From positions 116,838 through 136,837 of the IMG/VR virus record IMGVR_UViG_2030936005_000022: a stretch of DNA of 20,000 nucleotides. One strand, 5' to 3'. The stretch's first letter is position 1. The number at the start of each line of letters is the position of its first letter. This document shows, one piece after another, positions 1 through 7,997 of this stretch. The notes under the pieces were generated by a model. That model was not told the origin of the DNA and ran no database searches. It was given only the letters and a program-made list of their open reading frames with translations. Origin of the DNA: an uncultured virus (IMG/VR IMGVR_UViG_2030936005_000022). Taxonomy: Duplodnaviria; Heunggongvirae; Uroviricota; Caudoviricetes. A program made the position numbers and the translations under genes.

Positions 1-330
1 TCAAGTGTTTTTTGAAATGAATCAGTTCTATCACTTCCACCCACAAATACAATTTCTTCGTACTCACCGTTTAGGCCATCCATGATATCAAACAAGTTTT
101 TTGACATTTTCATCTTGGATTGTGTTAGCAATTTCTGGGAAGAACTTTGAAATATAGAACTGACGAAGTTCTCTTGGAAGTGGATTTCTTTCTGTATCTA
201 TTGTTGAACTCAAGAAGAGTTTAACATCGGTAGAAGCATTCTGCAAAGATAATGCTTGTTCGAATACTTTACCGTGACCTAAGTGTACGGGATTCATTCT
301 CCCGTACATAAACACACAAGTTTTAGACAT
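1..330 (-). pseudogene. Cytidylyltransferase-like (HIGH-motif nucleotidyltransferase) phage protein, split by a 1-nt frameshift at the T6 run 97-102; runs off the window edge
   Basis: ORF 88..330 begins with FMYGRMNPVHLGH (HxGH motif) and LSST...NPL. Removing one A from the minus-strand A6 run continues the frame as NVKNLFDIMDGLNGEYEEIVFVGGSDRTDSF, containing the GSDR motif typical of this family. May be a sequencing error rather than a true pseudogene. Confidence 0.75.
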
Positions 331-850
331 TTTTCATTACCAAACCTAAAGTTTTTAAGTACTGAACCTTTGCATCTGTTAAATTCCTATCAAGTACAAT
401 AATACAACTAGGGAAAGGTGCAGGGTTCTCCTTTTTAGTTACATCTCTATCAGGGTCAAAGAACTTCAATCTTCCCTTAATAAAGCATATACAAGAACAT
501 TCTTTGGCTGCATAAAGTTGGAATGCTTTAGTATCAGTTCTAGAAGGAACTAGTATAACAACTGTGGCTCCCCTTTGATATGCATCAACTGCTTTGGTAA
601 GCCATGTCTTAAGATCATCGTAAGGTGGGTTAAGCCAAACGATTTCAGTACCCCAATCCTGTATTAGACTATTGTCTCCAGGAGTGTAGTACTTTTTACA
701 TAATGCACTATTGGGTAAACACGCTGCATCTAGTGTAAACTTCCAATGTGCATCTATGTCGCGAAATAACTCTCTTGGAGTATTCCATGTTTGAGATTCA
801 GAAGAGTAATGTATACTCATATCTCTCTTTGCATTTCCTTTGCTACTCAT
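323..850 (-). CDS. Phage DNA N6-adenine methyltransferase (phage Dam family)
   Basis: W-x-TP, FTLDAA, VWLNPPY catalytic motif, LVPSRTDT, FIKGRLKF and APFPS motifs of the phage Dam/MTase family; 175 aa. Confidence 0.92.
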   Translation of the reverse strand: MSSKGNAKRDMSIHYSSESQTWNTPRELFRDIDAHWKFTLDAACLPNSALCKKYYTPGDNSLIQDWGTEIVWLNPPYDDLKTWLTKAVDAYQRGATVVILVPSRTDTKAFQLYAAKECSCICFIKGRLKFFDPDRDVTKKENPAPFPSCIIVLDRNLTDAKVQYLKTLGLVMKNV

Positions 851-857
851 AAAAATC

Positions 858-1391
858 CTATTTTAGACAGAACCTCATAATGTCATCAAATTCGGCACTA
901 TTGATTCTGTATTCGTCGTGAAGTTTAAAGTGGCTTCCATACAACATAAAGATGTTAAAAACTTCATCTTCAGCAAACTTGTATGTGTTAAATGATTCGT
1001 TATCTCCTTTAAATCCAATGAAGGACTTAATATCTTCAGTTACATCAGTACTGTTACTGTAGTATAAAACCGTTTTTAACTCACCACTTATTGTATATTT
1101 CCTGTACTCACCTTGAACTCTGTTGTTATGGTCAGTATAATATACAGTATTGATATTCCCATTGTTATAGCGTTCCTCGCTATAACCACCATATTTCACA
1201 GAAAAAATGACAGGTTGTTGTGTAGGTCTAAAACTAATCTTTCCTACTTGCTTTCCTTCGTTGAACTCAATAATATTACTGAGTTTATTGAAGTCCTTTG
1301 TAATTTTATATCCAGTAAAGTAATTCGGTACTTCGTTGTCATTGGGCTTGATAACTGTACCATCTTTCTGTTTATATGTTACTTCATTCAT
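858..1391 (-). CDS. Hypothetical protein with MORN-variant-like repeats
   Basis: Likely ATG at 1391 (MNEVTYKQ). Segments GGYSEERYNNGNI and GEYRKYTISGELK resemble MORN-variant/YwqK repeats. C-terminal EDEVFNIFMLY weakly resembles the array motif. Confidence 0.7.
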   Translation of the reverse strand: MNEVTYKQKDGTVIKPNDNEVPNYFTGYKITKDFNKLSNIIEFNEGKQVGKISFRPTQQPVIFSVKYGGYSEERYNNGNINTVYYTDHNNRVQGEYRKYTISGELKTVLYYSNSTDVTEDIKSFIGFKGDNESFNTYKFAEDEVFNIFMLYGSHFKLHDEYRINSAEFDDIMRFCLK

Positions 1392-1426
1392 TGTCTGTGC
1401 TTCTCTTTTTGTTATGTACAATCAAC

Positions 1427-2062
1427 GAATCATTTCACTTCGTTCTATGATTCAGAGAAAGAATAATTCAAATACTCACTAGCGTTCGTATTTTAATATT
1501 CTTTTCATTGGATTGTACTTTAATTATTGACGAGGTTTGTTGATTCAATTTCATCCCCCCACAGGGAGGGAAGAAAAATATATTTGACGCTGGTGGTGTC
1601 ATCATTTCATGTCACGAATTTCATATAAGAACGGAAGCGGGTTGCCCGGTTTCTTCCTATCGCGGTTCTATGCAACGGTCGTAGTCTTACTACACTAATA
1701 CAATAACAACATGAACTGTTATTGTACTTATCACTCAAATTCTGGACGGAATAAGGGCTAGCCCTAAATTACGTCGCACTTGAATAAGGTGAATCCCTTA
1801 TACATTATGGTAGGTGCGAATCCTATATGTCTATCGTGCCGTGAACACGCCAAGTCCTCTTGTATTAATCGACTTGGTTTTAATAGCCGCATTGCCGTGG
1901 GTGGTACTAACTATGCCATCTCCTAACGGGTCTCATCTGCTATCGTACTGAATGAACTACTCAACTGTCCTCTACATTTTCGAGTGAATCAGGTTATTTA
2001 AATTCCCCAGAACGGGGCCATTCAGAATTGAAAAGGGGTAAAGGACACACGCCTTTACCCCT
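1427..2062. ncRNA. Candidate large structured non-coding RNA or structured cis-element
   Basis: Only long ORF-free gap in the window, somewhat GC-richer than its flanks, with at least 10 stems (e.g. 1699-1708/1717-1726, 1850-1856/1871-1877, 1948-1954/2019-2025, nested 1628-1669). Minus-strand promoter directly upstream at 2065-2093. Strand not resolved. Confidence 0.5.
2031..2062 (-). terminator. Intrinsic terminator-like hairpin after ORF 2082..2939 (or 5' hairpin of the putative ncRNA)
   Basis: 11-bp perfect stem AGGGGTAAAGG/CCTTTACCCCT (2034-2044/2052-2062) with a 7-nt loop, ending in a short T run on the minus strand. Confidence 0.65.
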
Positions 2063-2064
2063 AT

Positions 2065-2093
2065 ATTATATCACATTTTTGTCACTTTGTCTC
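2065..2093 (-). promoter_or_regulatory. Sigma70-type promoter with extended -10
   Basis: Minus strand GAGACA-N17-TATAAT with AATGTGA directly before the -10 (TGn extension); same architecture as 4751-4779. Confidence 0.7.
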
Positions 2094-2939
2094 AGAAATC
2101 TGAGCCATAATTTTGTTATGAAAACGTTTATAGTTTTCAATCTCATAGTCTGAAATGAACTTCCTAGCACTCAAAAATAATGAGTGATCATCCATCCAGA
2201 ACTGCATACACTTCATGAAAAAATCAACACGCATATGCCACGTTTCAGTACAGCCATGCTCATCATCATCAAATACACGCTTCCCAGCGAACAAGTGCTC
2301 ACTAGTACTGTATTCTTCATACACAGCATCGTCATCATTATAGTTCCGCTTACGTTGCCCTGCGAACTGCTGAGTGCGGTTAATGCAGTCTGAACCCATC
2401 TTGAAGTACTTCACGTACTCCCAAACCACGAACGGATAAACAGCATCGTGAATGTTCTTGTAATGCTCACCATCAGGAACAATACTGTAATCAGGCCGTG
2501 CGTTCGTCAAGCCGTCATGCTGACTCTCAGAACTTATACCGAACTGGAAGAACCGACCTTCTTCATCTTCACCACAAGCCTTACCATAACCATAACGATT
2601 ATCACCATATCGACACGCTTCATATGCACCTTTAGCAATGCACATCTTACCGCTTTCCATGTTGTACGCTATGTAATCGTAATCGTAAACACCATCTAAC
2701 ATGTACTGAAACATTGCTTCATCTGGAACATCAATTAGTACTTTGTACTCATTACGATCTAAATGACGACAGTACTTGGATATTTTATGTGAAGCTGTTT
2801 CTGTAAATGTCATAAGCTCATGTGGATGCATAGCAAAACTTGCACGGTCACTTACATAACCATATGGTTCTGCTATACAATCTTCCTCATCACAATCATC
2901 TCGTAATGTGTTGAAATCAATTATTAACTGTAATTTCAT
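2082..2939 (-). CDS. Hypothetical phage protein (285 aa, acidic, Tyr/Cys-rich)
   Basis: Long ORF; ATG at 2939 (MKLQLII) lies next to the upstream stop at 2941. Confidence 0.8.
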   Translation of the reverse strand: MKLQLIIDFNTLRDDCDEEDCIAEPYGYVSDRASFAMHPHELMTFTETASHKISKYCRHLDRNEYKVLIDVPDEAMFQYMLDGVYDYDYIAYNMESGKMCIAKGAYEACRYGDNRYGYGKACGEDEEGRFFQFGISSESQHDGLTNARPDYSIVPDGEHYKNIHDAVYPFVVWEYVKYFKMGSDCINRTQQFAGQRKRNYNDDDAVYEEYSTSEHLFAGKRVFDDDEHGCTETWHMRVDFFMKCMQFWMDDHSLFLSARKFISDYEIENYKRFHNKIMAQISETK

Positions 2940-2940
2940 A

Positions 2941-3162
2941 TTAATCGAAGTTCCAAGATTCTTCTTCGAAGTCACTTAGCATTTGTGCTAGTTCAGCCGC
3001 TTCACCAATACTAGCATCAAGCACTTCAAAGTCAATATTACAACCGTAATAACACTCTGATGCTTGCATTAGTTCATCATGAATCTCTTGTACAGATTTG
3101 TCTTTGTATAGGTTTAGATAGTGATCACCACTTTCAGATGTAATGTGTAATGCTACAATCAT
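2941..3162 (-). CDS. Hypothetical protein (73 aa)
   Basis: AGGAGA RBS upstream of ATG 3162 (MIVALHITSESGDHY). The longer ORF-track start overlaps the upstream gene. Confidence 0.75.
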   Translation of the reverse strand: MIVALHITSESGDHYLNLYKDKSVQEIHDELMQASECYYGCNIDFEVLDASIGEAAELAQMLSDFEEESWNFD

Positions 3163-3172
3163 AGTATATCTC

Positions 3173-3937
3173 CTAAAATTTATAGAAGCCTTTAATGCTT
3201 CCGTCTTCGTTTCTTTGTGTACTAAAACTACCATCAGCATCTTTTCCAACCATCTCAAAGAAATGGTGTAGTACTTCATGGTGACGAACAACTTTCTTCA
3301 AATCACTATTGTGAATGAAATTAGCAATGTCACTACTAACTGGTGGTAGATTGACATTCGGTAAATCATTTACTACTTGAGCAATATCTAATAATTGCTC
3401 ACATGTACGTTTAACAGAACTGAATTTCTTACGAGCATTTTTTATATAATCACTCGCTTTGTTAGTACCGTAAATGTAATCACGAACTCCCTCATAAGTA
3501 ATACAATGAGTAATAGCCCAAAACTGTTGGATTTTGTATTCGCTCAAAATCTCACCCACTGTTTGCACATAGTCCGAAATCTCTACATCAAATAATAGTT
3601 CATCTTTGTTGAGAATATCTTTTGGGACGGTTAAACAATACTCACCAGTACTGAGATTAGTTGCGAAATGACCGTCTGGATGAACATTCACCCAACCTTC
3701 CAAGAAGTCAATTAGATGTGAGTCAACCATATTCCACATCGTTTTATTGTACTCTTTAACTAAAGGAAGAATACGTTCATTGTACTGTTCTTGATATAGA
3801 TCCGCTTGGAAATTATCATCAAGAATTTCACGCATAGAAAGGGGGCGAAGTAGTTTGGTGTGAATCTTTTTAGCTTCATCTTGAATGAAAAGGAATTGAT
3901 TTACTTGGTATTGGCGAATTTCTTTAAGACTGTACAT
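3173..3937 (-). CDS. Hypothetical protein (254 aa)
   Basis: Long ORF with GGAG RBS, following the terminator at 3958-3985. Confidence 0.8.
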   Translation of the reverse strand: MYSLKEIRQYQVNQFLFIQDEAKKIHTKLLRPLSMREILDDNFQADLYQEQYNERILPLVKEYNKTMWNMVDSHLIDFLEGWVNVHPDGHFATNLSTGEYCLTVPKDILNKDELLFDVEISDYVQTVGEILSEYKIQQFWAITHCITYEGVRDYIYGTNKASDYIKNARKKFSSVKRTCEQLLDIAQVVNDLPNVNLPPVSSDIANFIHNSDLKKVVRHHEVLHHFFEMVGKDADGSFSTQRNEDGSIKGFYKF

Positions 3938-3957
3938 AAGTTCTCCAAAATTAAATT

Positions 3958-3985
3958 AAAAAAAGAGCAGGAGTTTCCCCCTGCT
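3958..3985 (-). terminator. Intrinsic terminator
   Basis: Minus strand AGCAGGGG-GAAA-CTCCTGCT (one G.U pair, GNRA loop) followed by C and T7, just after the stop at 3993. Confidence 0.85.
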
Positions 3986-3992
3986 TTTTGGC

Positions 3993-4298
3993 TTAGTGAT
4001 TAGTGCTGTAAGCGAATACAGGACGCATGTTTTCTAGTGGATTGACTTCAGGTTTAAGTACTGTTACTTTAACTTGATACTCTTCTCCAGTTGTTGGATG
4101 GGTTAGTGTTTCGAAATGAACACTATCAATAAACGTTTCGTATTCTTCTTGAGAACGTGCTGTTACTGTACTGTATTTTTTCTTAGAATCAGCTTTAGCA
4201 GTAACACTTACTACTTCAACTTCTTCATTTTCAATATCATTGAAATCGCGTTCTTCTAGAGTTGCGAACATATCAAATTTGTTATTTCCATTTTCCAT
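3993..4298 (-). CDS. Hypothetical acidic protein (101 aa)
   Basis: ORF with AAGGGA RBS-like element, followed by a terminator. Confidence 0.75.
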   Translation of the reverse strand: MENGNNKFDMFATLEERDFNDIENEEVEVVSVTAKADSKKKYSTVTARSQEEYETFIDSVHFETLTHPTTGEEYQVKVTVLKPEVNPLENMRPVFAYSTNH

Positions 4299-4326
4299 TT
4301 TTTAATTCCCTTTAAGTAATATGTTA

Positions 4327-4716
4327 TTATTCGATAATTAGTGAACCGTTGCGGTACATGTCTAGACGTTCTAGTACAGTCTTACGCTCAACGATCTCTG
4401 GAACTTCTTCATTCAACTGAGCACACGCTTCTACCATGAAGTCGTAGTCAGAATCACAATTATCTAGTACTGCTTTAAGTGTTTCCCAATCAGCAGAAAC
4501 TTCTCCAGTTTTGCGATTGCGATAGGAAGGCCAGAGGTCACCGTACTCTTGAACGTCTTTACCGTGATAAACACGAATAGCATTGAATAGCTGGCCTATG
4601 GTAAAATATTTGGTGTGCTGCATATCTTCAAGACAACATAGTTTTTCACTACCTTCATGGTTAATTAGCACTACGCCACCAACAGTCTTTAAGATTTGAG
4701 AATGATTAGTCTTCAT
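4327..4716 (-). CDS. Hypothetical protein (129 aa)
   Basis: Strong AAGGAGG RBS and promoter immediately upstream. Confidence 0.8.
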   Translation of the reverse strand: MKTNHSQILKTVGGVVLINHEGSEKLCCLEDMQHTKYFTIGQLFNAIRVYHGKDVQEYGDLWPSYRNRKTGEVSADWETLKAVLDNCDSDYDFMVEACAQLNEEVPEIVERKTVLERLDMYRNGSLIIE

Positions 4717-4750
4717 AATGTCGCCTCCTTACGAATTTTTATGATGATTT

Positions 4751-4779
4751 ATTATATCACATTATTGGTCGTCTGTCCC
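4751..4779 (-). promoter_or_regulatory. Sigma70-type promoter with extended -10
   Basis: Minus strand GGGACA-N17-TATAAT with AATGTGATATAAT, identical core to 2065-2077; lies about 35 nt upstream of ORF 4716. Confidence 0.75.
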
Positions 4780-5088
4780 AAGTTTTTCTTCAATGTGTTT
4801 CCACCACTGCCCGAAGTCATCTAGGATCATGTAAAATGTCTTTTCACATGGTTCATCGAAGTCCAAAATATGCTCCGAGTACAAATATGTTAAGTACTTT
4901 ACATCACTTTTTGTTTTATTAAAACGCGAAGAAAGAATTAAAGAATCAATAGCACTCTTTTCGGTTGGTGTATTCAAAAGATACAACACAGTACCGTCAG
5001 GGTGAATAATCTCTTCCGCATTCTTCGGTTTCATTCTGTGACCTAAATTTGGAATCTTAGGTCCGTTCTTGAATTTGAGTTCTATCAT
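4762..5088 (-). CDS. Hypothetical protein (108 aa)
   Basis: Likely ATG at 5088 (MIELKFKNG), overlapping the end of the upstream gene. Confidence 0.7.
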   Translation of the reverse strand: MIELKFKNGPKIPNLGHRMKPKNAEEIIHPDGTVLYLLNTPTEKSAIDSLILSSRFNKTKSDVKYLTYLYSEHILDFDEPCEKTFYMILDDFGQWWKHIEEKLGTDDQ

Positions 5089-5941
5089 CTTCCATAACCT
5101 CAATAGAATTTAATAACTGCTTTATAAATGAAGAATGCTTATCCTGTTCTTTTAGTACCGAATATGTATCTTCAATGTTCTTTTTAAAGAACACTCTGAT
5201 CCCTTCCATAATTTCAAATAGAACTGGATCTGCAATCATATCAAAATTGAATGTAACATACTTGTTATAAACAAAATCAATACTTGCATCTTTATAATCA
5301 AAGTACTGCACATAATCTAATCTTTCAAAATTTTTGTGGAAATTAACTTTGATCTTATTCTTCTTCTCGTGATGGATACTCATTGAGTATGTTTCACGAT
5401 TATTTCCGGTTGTCCGAATAGTAGTACGTAGTACTTTACCTTGATTGTTAACCTTTTCATAAAAGGATAACCCACTATGAGTACTAAAATTATGCTCTTG
5501 GTATTTCTTGAATTTTTCTACTCTGTAAGTAAACACATGTGGTACTATTGCACTAAGCACTTTTTCACCTCTGCGGGAAATATCCAAACCTTTAATGATA
5601 AAATTCTTATAGCAAACACCTTTTGATGGTCTGTGCACATAACCAATATCATCAAAACCACAACTTTCAGAATGCTTTTCTTTGTTGTAGAAATTAGATG
5701 ACGTGATTACATCTTGTATATTATCATCGTAGTACTTGCACCACCAGCCACGTTTATCTATCTTCAGCCATGTATTCTTTTCAAAGATAATGGTAAGTAC
5801 TTGAGGGCTGCGTTTAGTTTCCAGTACTTTAGATGTAAAAATACTGGCATCGAAAGTACGCCCATCGAACCAAAACTGATTTAAAAATTCATTGTACTCT
5901 TTCACTGAGTACCGCTTAAAATCAAAAATATTGTTTTTCAT
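5057..5941 (-). CDS. Hypothetical protein (294 aa, basic/aromatic)
   Basis: Long ORF; likely ATG at 5941 (MKNNIFDF) after a GTGGGG RBS-like element. Confidence 0.8.
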   Translation of the reverse strand: MKNNIFDFKRYSVKEYNEFLNQFWFDGRTFDASIFTSKVLETKRSPQVLTIIFEKNTWLKIDKRGWWCKYYDDNIQDVITSSNFYNKEKHSESCGFDDIGYVHRPSKGVCYKNFIIKGLDISRRGEKVLSAIVPHVFTYRVEKFKKYQEHNFSTHSGLSFYEKVNNQGKVLRTTIRTTGNNRETYSMSIHHEKKNKIKVNFHKNFERLDYVQYFDYKDASIDFVYNKYVTFNFDMIADPVLFEIMEGIRVFFKKNIEDTYSVLKEQDKHSSFIKQLLNSIEVMEDDRTQIQERT

Positions 5942-5956
5942 AGTACCCCACAAATG

Positions 5957-5983
5957 TTAAAAGGACGTGAAATCACGTCCTTT
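5957..5983 (-). terminator. Intrinsic terminator-like hairpin overlapping the end of the small ORF
   Basis: AAAGGACGTG-x4-CACGTCCTTT perfect 10-bp stem, ending in a T run on the minus strand. Confidence 0.7.
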
Positions 5984-6106
5984 ATGTTTAACTTTGCCAT
6001 TCTTGGCTTCTTTTTTTTGATCAACAAAAGTCTTAGGTTTGTTGAAAGTTTCCATGTGCTTCGCAACTGGATTGTTTACAACAGGGTTCTTCTTTTTCTT
6101 TGACAT
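5957..6106 (-). CDS. Small basic phage protein (49 aa, NPVAK motif), not in the ORF track
   Basis: MSKKKKNPVVNNPVAKHMETFNKPKTFVDQKKEAKNGKVKHKGRDFTSF*; GGAG RBS; fills the intergenic gap exactly. Confidence 0.75.
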   Translation of the reverse strand: MSKKKKNPVVNNPVAKHMETFNKPKTFVDQKKEAKNGKVKHKGRDFTSF

Positions 6107-6108
6107 GT

Positions 6109-6432
6109 TTACTCCAAGTCAGGGTTTTTAACTGAAAGACTCTCAATATCTGATGCATAGATCATCACATGCGGTTTGTCTTCTGCTACCTTAAAGTCGT
6201 GGTAGCTGTCCTTCACAATGAAATTATCAAGGATAAATCCTTTAGTGAGGAATAGCATATACTTATTATCATCTTTTGTCAAGTAAGTATTGCGACGATT
6301 TTCTACATTTCGTTGAGCAGTATCTTCTTCCGTATTTCTACAAACACGTTCGTTATATTCCTGATGGGTATACATTGGCATTCCCATTACCCAAGACGAT
6401 TCTGTACTAATTGTTACAATAAAAGATTGCAC
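6109..6432 (-). CDS. Hypothetical protein (start uncertain: GTG 6432 or ATG 6387/6375)
   Basis: ORF track; co-oriented with neighbours. A possible extended -10 (TGTGATACAAT) lies at 6481-6491. Confidence 0.6.
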   Translation of the reverse strand: MQSFIVTISTESSWVMGMPMYTHQEYNERVCRNTEEDTAQRNVENRRNTYLTKDDNKYMLFLTKGFILDNFIVKDSYHDFKVAEDKPHVMIYASDIESLSVKNPDLE

Positions 6433-6580
6433 TTATCCGAGTGGAAGCAATCATGCATAGACTTACTACACAAAACAAGCATTGTATCACATCACGAAAA
6501 TTAAACATAATATCGTGAATCTCAAAGGCATCTTGAGTGATAATATCTTGTACGGGACCACTCTCTTTTATTCCGATCAT
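6407..6580 (-). CDS. Small hypothetical ORF (57 aa), not in the ORF track; may be the 5' part of a frameshifted gene with 6109..6432
   Basis: AAGGAG RBS then ATG 6580: MIGIKESGPVQDIITQDAFEIHDIMFNFRDV...; TAG at 6407-6409. Confidence 0.5.
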   Translation of the reverse strand: MIGIKESGPVQDIITQDAFEIHDIMFNFRDVIQCLFCVVSLCMIASTRISAIFYCNN

Positions 6581-6631
6581 AGTTCACTCCTTGAACCTAT
6601 TCACGAGTACAATCCATGTACTCTCAATATA

Positions 6632-7117
6632 TCATTTAGCTTCTAGCTTATACGCCTCAACCGCTTCAGATACATTCTCGATAGCTTGATCGATAAATTC
6701 TTTACTAACTAAACGCGGGGAGGTCTTCATTTCTTTTAGAAGCTCTAGGTATTTAGTCATTAATTCTGGGATGATTCCAAAGTCGAAATCATGCACAGTG
6801 CTGTACTGAAATAGTTCACCACCATCGACATACAAGCGATTGTACGAGGTTTTAAACCCACTTTCGAGTACTGTTAGGGTCAAATCCAAACCACGCTCAT
6901 ACGAGCCTACAGACACGATAGCAGGGTTGATAGCAATACTAGCATTCTTTGCATTATCACTATAAACTAAACGTAAAGTTCCAGCACCAATAATAACAGT
7001 TAGGTCATCTGTATTAAGGGTAGTAATATCCCCAGAAACAGAAACTTTATTATTTAGACGGTCTTTAGTACTGAAAGATTTAGATAGCCGTGCAAATGCA
7101 TCTTCAAGTTTATTCAT
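6632..7117 (-). CDS. Array paralog (FQxS family)
   Basis: Motif GGELFQYSTVHD; start overlaps the upstream stop by 1 nt. Confidence 0.8.
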   Translation of the reverse strand: MNKLEDAFARLSKSFSTKDRLNNKVSVSGDITTLNTDDLTVIIGAGTLRLVYSDNAKNASIAINPAIVSVGSYERGLDLTLTVLESGFKTSYNRLYVDGGELFQYSTVHDFDFGIIPELMTKYLELLKEMKTSPRLVSKEFIDQAIENVSEAVEAYKLEAK

Positions 7118-7557
7118 TATTCGTAATCCTTTAGTAGTTCTACTAGTTTAACAATACTATCATCACTGCAAGTGTACGATAGGTTTAGAAGGGTGTACTG
7201 GAAGAAATCAATTTCATTAATTCCACCATACGGTACTGGTTGGGCTTTACCTTGTTTGTCTGCCATGTAAACATCTTCTGCATCAAAACGCATAGAAAAT
7301 GTATCACGTTCTTCTGGGTTCAAATACACAATAAAACGACCCAAGGATTTAGCAAGTTTTTCAATCCTGATGCTATTAGAACCATAACTGAACTCAGCAT
7401 CACCGCGATCATTCTGGAAATGATAGAAGTTGATACCACCAATATTAGTATAGCCCTCTGTGTATAGAAGGTCTTTGTGGTGATACATAACTTGAATCAG
7501 TTCATCAAGCGTAGTCGTCCGAGTCTTATTTTTGGTTAGCGAAAATAAATGAATCAT
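7117..7557 (-). CDS. Array paralog (FQxS family)
   Basis: Motif EIDFFQYTLLN. Confidence 0.75.
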   Translation of the reverse strand: MIHLFSLTKNKTRTTTLDELIQVMYHHKDLLYTEGYTNIGGINFYHFQNDRGDAEFSYGSNSIRIEKLAKSLGRFIVYLNPEERDTFSMRFDAEDVYMADKQGKAQPVPYGGINEIDFFQYTLLNLSYTCSDDSIVKLVELLKDYE

Positions 7558-7987
7558 AAATTCCTCTGCACATGGATAACGTTTTAATCATTGTATCATA
7601 GTCGAACTTGACTTGCAACCCCCAACCACCCACACAATTTTGAGTGAAGAAAACACCCTCCATCTCGTCAAGTGTGAACGCTTCATCAAACAAATTAGTC
7701 TGATATAATTCGGTCTTTGGATTGTATACCATCAAGAATTCAGTACTGTAACGTATTACTAATTTCTTTGGACTAATCATAATCCTGCATAAATCTTGCA
7801 AGTACTCAGTGCGAATATGTAAGTTAATGTGATTCTTATGACCAGCACAACGAACATCCATCGCGTATCCATCACCGATAACAAAACCATTTCTGGGGGT
7901 AAATTCTTTACCCGCACTCATTGACAGGCAATCCTGTACAATATAATTGATTGTATCCAAGTTGTCAAGTATATCTACTTTACGCAT
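7526..7987 (-). CDS. Array paralog, divergent motif
   Basis: AAGGAG RBS before ATG 7987 (MRKVDIL); motif-like EMEGVFFTQNCV. Confidence 0.7.
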   Translation of the reverse strand: MRKVDILDNLDTINYIVQDCLSMSAGKEFTPRNGFVIGDGYAMDVRCAGHKNHINLHIRTEYLQDLCRIMISPKKLVIRYSTEFLMVYNPKTELYQTNLFDEAFTLDEMEGVFFTQNCVGGWGLQVKFDYDTMIKTLSMCRGIYDSFIFANQK

Positions 7988-7997
7988 ATCTTCTCCT

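Noticed and set aside
1780..1835. tRNA gene suggested by GTAGG-TGCGAAT-CCTAT
   Set aside because: Only a T-arm-like hairpin; no acceptor stem, D-arm or anticodon arm at cloverleaf spacing and no CCA.
1427..2062. RNase P RNA, tmRNA, cobalamin riboswitch or group I intron
   Set aside because: I could not find their hallmark conserved segments on either strand, and no interrupted gene flanks the region. A covariance search is still needed.
6605..6623. Terminator at GAGTACA/TGTACTC
   Set aside because: AT-rich 7-bp stem with no U-tract on the minus strand; too weak to call.
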